The notes below the pieces were generated by a model, which did not search any database, had not been told where the DNA came from, and saw only the letters and a program-made list of their open reading frames with translations. Made by a program: the position numbers and the translations under genes. A stretch of 62,028 nucleotides of DNA, the filler included, from Platydemus manokwari (lineage: Eukaryota): assembly GCA_037951405.1 (NCBI GenBank). It is 5 parts of 5 records of this genome, joined end to end, with 100 filler letters (N's around TTAATTAATTAA, not from the genome) between each part and the next. Parts side by side here need not be neighbours in the genome. Positions count along the whole stretch, not along the records: positions 42,136 to 62,028 come from JBBMOY011700288.1; 4 more parts are not named here. One strand, given 5' to 3'. Of the stretch, positions 52,781 to 62,028 are shown piece by piece (positions within the stretch are counted from its first letter, which is position 1; the number at the start of each line of letters is the position of its first letter).

Positions 52781-55700
52781 TTTTAAAATTTTATTAAATT
52801 ATTAAAAAATAATATTAAATTATTTTAAATAATTTAAATATGTTGATCTATTTATATGCCTTGTTGTTGGGGTTTTATAAAAATAGTAAAATAAATTAGA
52901 ATTACAATATTGATGTTATATGACAAGTAAAGCAACTGTTGATAAACATTTGAGATATAGTTGTAAATAAAGGTTGCAATTTTATTCCCAACAGAATCTG
53001 CTTTTCTCATATATGTAGGAAGTGTTCGAACTCTCTTTTATTAAGAATAATAGTTTAATCATAAATAATCAGGATGAATATTAACTATCCTGAAAAATAT
53101 CACTAATACTAAATAAACCAATAAAATGATACAATAGAATAAATTTTATTAAATAAGCAAATCGAAATTTAGAATACTCAAAAGATACACTTTACCATTA
53201 TAGACGAATAGACCCTTCAAGACAAAATTCAGGTTTGGCGAGACACCCATGTGATCAAAAAAGAAAGTTGGAGATGAGTCTTAGAATATTTTTAAATCAA
53301 CCACACAGCTATCGAGATAGCTGTGGGCGCATGGTAGTAAATGAAAACTTTACTCATCATAATATCGTCCATAAATAAATTTCTTCGTAATGATATGTAT
53401 AGAAAATTCTTCGTGGTAGTAATTGAAAATTCTTCATAGTAATAAATGTTGATTCAATGTCTTGAACGCGTGAAATAAAGTGCAAGAAGACTGAATTTGT
53501 TTGCGCTTATATATATACTGATTTTGTAGGTTGCATGCGACATATTGGTGTGCAGATTTTTGGTTTCTATTTGTTGCTCAGTTTAAAACTCTCAAGACGT
53601 CATGTCAAAATATAGCAGCATCCTACTGTTTTTAGCTGCTTGATTTGCTAAATTGATCTACACTACTTTTAGTGATGCCATAGTTACTAAAAACAAATTT
53701 TTGAAATAATTTGTTGATTCAATCTTGGTTTTCATTTCGGTGACCTTGAGGTCATTTAAACAAAAAATTGTTATAGTGAAACAAAATTTATGTTTTATTT
53801 ATTTTCAAATAACTTCCGTGTGAAATATTTTTGAATTTTGCTTATTTTCCTTTTTTATTTATGTATAATTTAAAAAAAAATTTAATTACTTTTTATTTTT
53901 CTGTATATTTATAGTTTAATGAATAGTTATGTAATGTAAGGTAGGATTTTTAAATTGTTTTTATTTTATTTTCACTTAATACCTAACCTTTTATGGCGGG
54001 TATGGTTGGATTCCACATTACTAAGATTGGCAATAAAAGCTCTCTGGAAAAGATGTAAAAAATGTTCAAAAATGCTTGATTTATTTTTATTAATAAATAA
54101 TTTACGAAACTCTTATAAGAGAACTATTCCATTGAATTTTCAATTTTAAGCAAGGGAGCTACTACTAACAAAGCACATGCATAGCCACTCACAGATGACT
54201 TAAATTAAAGATTCTAATTCGAAAATAGACGTAACTACACAGTAACACATAATGATTGACCAATCTTAATCACACAAAATCGGTAGTTCCAATTTAAACT
54301 TCAAAAATAAAAAATCAAATAAAAACGTGATTCATGAATTATGCACATATCTGAAGTAATAATATTAATGTAAAGAAGGCCAGCAGTTAGTTGGAAGCCC
54401 AGTAATATGGTATTTTTGGATTTGATTTATGGAGTATTTCCTTGAATTTTTGAATGGTTTATGTATGTACTAGTTAGTACGATTGAGTGAAAAATAATTT
54501 GCAACCTTCAATTCTTCTCGACCCAACAAAAATTGTTTCGCTTGTATACTATTTTACTTTTCCTGATGATTAATTGTTAGAATAGTGAATAATTTTTTTT
54601 TACTAATTTTTGCAATTCTTATTTGCAAAAGTCATCCTAAATCTATTTTGTCTTTGTTGACAATGACAATTAAGTACCATACATTCAAGATCTTTAAATG
54701 AACACATTAGCGACATTACTAAAAACACTTACTCTAGTAATTAATGGTAGAAGTGCTGGTAATATGATAGAAATAAATGTTCACTTAAACTGAACTTTGT
54801 AAGTGAGTTTTTAACAATAAATATTTCAATTACTAGCTATTTTATTAGCCTAAGTAATAGTTTAATTTTTGCTTGGCTGCATAATTTGTCTGGCTTGATT
54901 GCTGCCTTGTATTGTCTGAATCAATTCTCTTAAAATGTTTATGTGCCTTTTTATTTCTTCCTTCATTTTTCTAGCAGTTTTTTGATTTTAGACTTGTCAA
55001 AATGCTATGCAAAATAAATAAAGTTTTATTATTCTCACAGCTTATTAATTATTACATTAGCAATCCATTTTCTTATAAATTTTTAGCATTATTACAGAAT
55101 ATCGTACTTAATAATTACTGATATTTATGAATTGTAATTATTAATTATATATAGCCTATAATTACTCCATTTTTATCAATTTATTTAAAATCAATAGATC
55201 TCGACATATTTCAGTCACTAAAGGCTTTTAAGTGGTTTTATTCCTAAATTTAATTTTTTTTATAAAAATACTAGTCATATTCAAGTATTAAAAATGATTT
55301 TCTATGGTATCATTTTGATGATGATGAATGAAATGAAATTCAAAATGTCCCCAATATATCAAATATAATGAGTAAATCATTTATATTATGGAAGCTATTC
55401 AAATTTTATTAAACAGATTTTAAAATTAGAAATTCTTGTACAAAATGTAATTGCGATTCTTTTTTTCAAAAGAACTGAATAGTTTAGACAAACTGTAATA
55501 CAACTCAAAATCTTCCATTGGTATATTCGATAAACAAAAACTTAACAAAATACATAAAGTATTTTTCAAATAAAATCTAATGAGATATTATTTATTATTT
55601 CTATTTTCAAGAATAAAATTCGAATTCAAAAACAAATAACATTTGAAAACATAAAGCTTAAATTTACGTGAAGCCAATTGTCAAGAATAAATTACTTACG

Positions 55701-56769
55701 TGTGAAGTATGAGAGAAATAGATAAATATTGTGACAAGTACGCTATGAAAGTGTCATGTTTGATATAAAAACATGCAATAGTTAAGTGAATTTTCAGTTT
55801 TTATCAATTTTATTAATTTAACATTTGATTTCAGAACTTAATTCAAAGGTCAACGCGTTGGATTGCGTTGCAAACATATAGCATTAAGCTACTTATCTAA
55901 ACCCGATAATATTTATTCTATTGAAGGATAATATTGACCTTTGAATACTAAACATAATTATCGTAAATTTGAAACTTCTCTTCATATAATTTTAAAATAA
56001 ACTAAGCAAGATTGGTAAAATACAGCTTAGACATAAACCTGGCATAATTCCTAAGATATCTGAAATATTAACTGATTTTGGAATAATTCATTCAAGCCGT
56101 CAAAATTAAGAAAATATAAACCCTTGCCACTCATATTTCTTTTTCAAAATTTTATAATTACCATTCATGGGGATTTGATGTTATAGATGTGGTTGGATAT
56201 TTATGGTCGATAACAGCTCAAAATCTTTAAATTCAAAATGAGACTCTAGATAATAATTTTTTCATATATTATAATCTAGTAAGAATCCGATACTTCTCAA
56301 AAGTTAGATTGCATCTTATAAATAAATGATAAAATTGGAAAATCAAAATATTTAATCAATAAAATAAATACAACTATTTATTATTTAATACAATCAAATT
56401 ATTTTGTTGTGCTCTGAATGTCGATAAGCTTAAATATACTGAGATAGGAACTAACGTCATCAAACCACGTTCCAAAAATTGGAATGAGAAGTAAAACAAG
56501 TTTGAATTTAAATTCTTGTTTACATAAATGTGACAATTAAAAAAATTTAAGAAAATTTATTGTGTTTACGTACCAATCAACTTTGTAATAAACTTGAATG
56601 AATGAAGGCAAGCAGTCAAATATAGATAAACCCGTGAAAGAGAATTTAGCAAATAGAATCGTTATTAATGAAAATATAGAAAAATTGTTTCCCAAGAAAT
56701 TGTGCATTAGAATCAACTAGGAATAGATTTTTCTGATTTAATTAAACAAACTTATTATCAAGCTTTTCA

Positions 56770-57150
56770 GACTGGAAAACTTTGTGTAATCGTTGTCTAT
56801 ATTCATTGGGTGTTTATACCCAGTTTTATATTCTTCTTAGTTTATTATTTGACGAATACTTTCATTATATGCTTTCTGAAAGTACCATCAAATGTTTCTT
56901 ATCCTGGTGTCAATGAGGAAGATTTTCTTTTCTGTTTGATTGAAAATTTGCAAGTAAATTTGTGCATTTAATGTTGAAAAATCACATTCTTCGTTAATTT
57001 GCCTTAATAGTTTTATGTATTTGAGAATTCCATATTCGATAAATTTCGTCACGTGTTTATGTCTTGAGATCCAGAATAGTTTTGAAGTTTGACATATAGT
57101 AAAAACTTGATCAACATTTTCATCCTCTACGCTAAATTCTCTTTAGAACC
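56770..57150 (-). mobile_element. Non-LTR retrotransposon RT remnant (RTE-like)
   Basis: VDQVFTICQ...EYGILKYIKLL...ESIRQIIN*EE resembles the RT DQIFTLRQ and YGI..xxIxLI segments. Confidence 0.4.
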
Positions 57151-60100
57151 TTGAATTTGAACCTATGGATTTGTTCAATAGTAGAAAATATATCCAACAC
57201 GCCACCACCACTCCCATACATGCTTGACGCTTATTCCTACTATTGATGTGTATGAAAAAATTGTTATACAATATCATTTTTATGTTTAAAAAATGACCAT
57301 GAATAGTTTTGACATAAATAAAAGAATAGACGAATTGATAAAAATAGCTTTAAAAAATAAATTAAATGAGGCTGAATAGAAACAATATTCAAATATATTA
57401 TTAAATCAAGGTATCGGTGAATTTTCTACACCTTTAAAGGACCATTCAAATTCGAGAAAAGATTATAATAGAACGAAATAAAAATTCAAGAAAATATAAA
57501 TAATGAATTAATCAAACTTATTTCAATAGATAATGTGATACCCGGATATATTGAACACGAAACATTTAACCCCATTCATAAAAAATTATTCGTGAAGTCT
57601 ATTTATTGCAAAGAAAAATAAACTGTGCTCACACCAAACACAAAAGAGTTATGAATATAACACCAGAGAATAAAATCTCACAAATTTTGGAGTTAGAAGA
57701 AACTGACAGTACAAGTAGCAATCATCAAACGGTTTCACCTACTTTGGTTGAAACCAGCGCCATCAGACATAAATGAACGAGTAAATAGCGGTATTCGACT
57801 CGTTGAAACAAAAACATTCAAATAACAAATCATCATTGTAGTCAGATAGTATCAACTTCATAATGAGTAAATTTCAATTCACTGTTAACATGATAATACA
57901 CGCAAGGGGATAGTCAGTATGTAGGCAGTATTCTTATCGAGAATTTTTCATCTGTTTAAAAATCAATTTGTTTATTGACTCTTGTTTAACTTTATTGTTT
58001 GCTACTGGTTAGTACGACTAGTAATTCAGCCTCTTTCATGGGATCACAAAATTATCAATGTGATTATATATTTATAAACTGAGTATATATATATATATAT
58101 ATTATAAAGAATTAAACGAGACTAAATACAAAACATTTTTAGAAAATCGTAAACTATGCAATGCAAATAATTGATTTCGGTTATCAACTTACAGTTTTTC
58201 CAAATAATAAAAATAATTAAATCAAATAATATTTTTTCTTGATTGGATGATATTATAAGACTATTAAGGTCCTTTGTAGGAATTAAACAGTTCTAAAATT
58301 TGTTAATCACCAATTTATACTGGTATTGGCCATTCAATCAAATAAACTTTTCAGACAGAAATTTCTACTGCTGATATGTGTTGTATTTTGAATAAAAATA
58401 ATAACTTAAAATCACACAACAAATTCTTGTTACAAAGTTCTTTCATAAATCAAATTCTTATAAGCCAAAGAACAATGTCAAATCACAGTTACTAGCATGG
58501 GCGCACCGTTAATTAATATGAATTTCGTGTGTAATGAATTCTATTTGATTGAGATTTCTAATATCTACCGAAGAGTTCAAATTGGAAACTTTTTCATCTT
58601 TCACTGCCATTGGTCTATCTGATGGTTCGTTCTTTCCTGGTAACATGCCTCGATTGAAAGCTGAAGTGCAATCAGTGTGTTGATTTAAAGGACTCCAATT
58701 GGCTACTGAAATAATGTGCAGTGTCTGTCGATGTATACACCGTTTCAAGCTCAATTCCAGGATTTGGTCACAATGCCGAGTGGTTTTTGATACACTAGTC
58801 ACAAGGTTAAGGTTTTCGGGTTAGAAGTCAACAATAAAGTCGCGATTTTACAAAATATCTTACGAAACACGTTAAAAATCAATTTGATTAATAAAACTTT
58901 GTCAGCAAATACCAAGTCAAACGAAATTTCATTGAGCCTACCAAATAAAATTAATTGCAAAATTATTCATGCCATTTACATCTAATTTAAATTATACCAG
59001 GAAAACCAATTTGAATACTTTTTTTTGAAAATGTTAGTTGATTTGAGATTAGAATTTTAATTTAAAGTGTAAAAATAATTATTAAACAACTATTTGTATA
59101 ATTGGCATAAACAGTGAATAACTGAATCGTTATCTAATGAAAAATTCATCTATTTTCTGGGAAATTATTGATTTTTTAAATAAAACCCTTTTTAAATTGG
59201 GTTCAGAATCATATTCTAAATTTCCTATTAAATTTAATATTCGTTCGTACTGGACTTGTAATTCATAATAGCATTTATATTTAGAATATCATAAAAATAA
59301 TTAAAATATCTGAAAACGTAAGATAACAATCAAAATGATAAAATGTTTTTCTTATTGATTTTATTACAAGTATAGAATTGTTGATTTAATTCTCCAACAT
59401 TGTAAATAATGTGCATTGATATTATTTAAAATCTAGGCCTCGACTACATTACCTCCATAACAAAATATCAATAACAATTTATATGAAACCCCAACAATAC
59501 TCAAATTACAAAATATTGTTTTAGAGAGATTTAACTGAATACTTCAACGGTTTTCCAATATTTTAAACCTTTAATCAATAATGCACCTTAAAATTATGAA
59601 CACAAGAACACATTGTTGTAATTGATTAAATAACAGCAAATTATATTCCTAAAAAGCATAAACATAATGAAGCATAAGCGTAATAAGCACAAAATACCAC
59701 ATCCTCTGCTTTTAAATTGAAGAAAGTCGAAACTACTTTTAAAAATATAGGAATAATAAATGTTTTCCATATTCATATTAATAATTACATAACAAAAAAT
59801 GTTTCAACATAATTAGCTACAATATTATTGATAACATAAATCGTTTTAGTTAAGTTTAATAGGTGTAAATCAGAATATCTTGCCTATTTTCTTCAAGTAT
59901 CTGCAATAAATAAAGAAATAAGATAAATATTGTAAAATTAAAACACAATTATCTAATTTATATAAAAATTATGGCGGTGATTTATGAAAAATGAATCTAA
60001 AAGATTTTAATAATTCGATTTTATATATAATTTTGTGTCGTGACTTCAGTTCGTTTTCAACATGTGCTTTCTTAAATATTGTTGAGCATGTAAAAAATGA

Positions 60101-61116
60101 GCTTTTAAAATGAATTAAAAAATTTGAATAAATAATCTATGAAAAATTATAAAAGAAAATCGTTAGTAATTTAGTTAAATCAAAAAACAGAAACTAATAG
60201 AATATTCTAGAATAATTTGTTTAAATGAATCAATTTAATATTGTGTCTTATGACATTATAAAAATCGTCCATTCTTGGTAAAATTGCCCCTTGAGATGTG
60301 AGTTTGGTTGAGATACTCAACAGTGTAATTCGTGTATTGGTGAATACACTGGGAAATATATTATTCACCTTCGAAATTGGAGTCAGATTTTACTAATTGT
60401 TTGTAATTACCCATCAATATTGGTGGCTTACAATGGTTGTGACACATTTCCAAGTATGAATAATAGAGGGGTTATTTATTTATTTTTACATTATTTGAGT
60501 ACTATTTAGTCATTATGGTGAAGGGAGGAGGGGTTTTTTGATGAACGATTGGATAAAAATATTCAATAAATATTTTAACTTGACAAAATTATAAATAAAA
60601 TAATAATAATAACAACAATAATTAATATTGAATAATAAAATAATGCTGCAATGTGATACCTAATTGTATAAGTGATGCACTTACTAATAATTTAAGTTTC
60701 GTAACGATTTGAGTAATTCATTGTCTTCGAATTATAAAATTCCTTCATATTTTTACCTCGCAAACTAATGATGTACTAAAGGAAAAAAAATTTCTTATTT
60801 GATTGCCGCCTCAATCTTACATTCTAAATTTGCAGGTCCTTGTTACATGCGTTTCTATATAAAGGTTAATGCACCCTGTCTTATCGATATTCAAATTAAT
60901 AGCTATAAAAATTTTCGTCTCGCTTATCAATATGTGTCTGAATTTCTTTAAATACTCGATAGTTTTCTGTCAAACCTCGGTACAAACTATCGATCTTAGT
61001 ACTTTATTTTTGTTCCACTTACTTTTTCTAAATAATAATTTAAAGATACTCCTTTTAAGCCGATACTATTTAATAAAGCGCGAATTGAAAATAAAATGAA
61101 AAATCTGGATCCAAAA

Positions 61117-62028
61117 TTATATATTTAGCTACAATTATTTTAGCAAAGTGAATATCTTTTGATATTAATTTATAAAATCCTTAAAATTTAAATTTTTAAA
61201 TCCTCACAAATACAATCAATTCATGTACAATCAATATTTTGGTAGCAATTCTGCTACGAGGCTTACAAAAATTAAACTATTTTTCAAATAAAATATTTAG
61301 ATCTAATATGGTACAATGCTAAAACTCTGTCTAAAATCTAACTTGATATTTATAACGGCTTGGTTATTCACATCATTATTTTTTCGAATATGTAGTTTAT
61401 GATAAATTCTACTAGACAGTTTTATAATGAACACAATTATATTTGAAAATTATTTTTCTAAAGTCCTATTGTTCACTCTATTATTTCTCTAAAGAATAGC
61501 TCCAATGATCACTCAGTATTGATTAATCTTTTCTTTGTGGTTAATGATTGTCGTTTGAAATCGAATTTGATTCGAAATACATGACCAGTTTATTTAAAAC
61601 ATAGATCATATGGAGATATTCCAATATAAATATAGTTGTATGTTCTTTAATCGACTATTCTGGTAGAATGTCATATATCATTTGTGTTAGTAGCTGCTAT
61701 TTCACTTGTAATTTGTGTTTCAACAAAAGAACTCATTATAAAGATTTTCTTAAATTTTCTTTAATAACAAATAAAACATTTTTCAAACAAATTTATGGAG
61801 AGGTTTTTCTTTTATTTTTAATCTCAATCAGGTGCAGATATAAATATTTATTTGAAACAATTAAATGTAAATTAAATTTTAAAATATTTATATATTTAGC
61901 TACAATTATTTTAGCAAAATGAATATCTTTTGATATTAATTTATAAAATTTTTAAAATTTAAATTTTTAAATCCTCACAAATACAATCAATTCATGTACA
62001 ATCAATATTTTGGTAGCAATTCTGCTAC
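61117..62028. repeat. Near-identical direct repeat, 61117-61257 and 61888-62028 (offset 771 bp), running off the window
   Basis: 141 nt visible with only about 3 mismatches. Confidence 0.92.

Larger units (their letters stand above)
52200..59900 (-). pseudogene. Decayed polycystin cation-channel gene (PKD1L/PKD2-like)
   Basis: Exons in the expected order: CYGGNVV...LEN*INNSIL|GT (~59470-59370); AG|LILMHNFLGNNFSIFSLITILFAKFSFTG (56717-56575; cf. FSVYNANINLF...EFPATG); FGTWFDDVSSYLS (S3); DSSPTFFFDH (~53275-53195); MIKLLFLIKRVRTL...YQQLLYL (S4-S5; cf. WIKLFKF...YAQLAYL); KIIGLNF (S6). Contains stops and frameshifts. Confidence 0.55.

Noticed and set aside
53955-54149. 64-aa ORF faintly resembling a mariner C-terminus
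   Set aside because: Only a vague IKALxKRxKKC match.
58509-58802. 97-aa minus-strand ORF
   Set aside because: No recognisable domain; lies in a putative pseudogene intron and is probably repeat-derived.
1850-59900. Stop-codon reassignment (TGA=Trp, TAR=Gln/Glu) explaining in-frame stops
   Set aside because: Intact genes have no internal stops over more than 1000 codons, use TGG for Trp and end in TAA/TGA; the broken frames also contain frameshifts.

Overview
Very AT-rich eukaryotic (metazoan) DNA, not prokaryotic. A planarian flatworm is my best guess from the YJU2 N-terminus, 43-60 nt GT-AG introns and a cecropia-type mariner, but this is inference. The window is five contigs joined by an artificial 100-nt spacer (44 N + TTAATTAATTAA + 44 N), so adjacency across spacers is unproven. 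Manual splicing recovers three clearly intact genes: a 5-exon DOK7-like PH-PTB adaptor (25215-26846, +) that the ORF track only catches in fragments, a 9+ exon ankyrin-repeat gene (43448-49512, +) and intronless YJU2/CCDC94 (50742-51689, -). Contig 4 holds a four-copy family of a small, putatively secreted Cys-containing orphan protein, with one intact ORF at 33009-33263. The rest is largely decayed sequence: two probable polycystin (PKD1L-type) pseudogenes, kinase and LRR relics, weaker receptor-like relics, and remnants of Ty3/gypsy (one with both ~100-bp LTRs), mariner, hAT-Charlie, Chapaev3-like, Merlin and non-LTR elements. All homology calls are motif recognition by eye with no database search, and boundaries of decayed elements are approximate.
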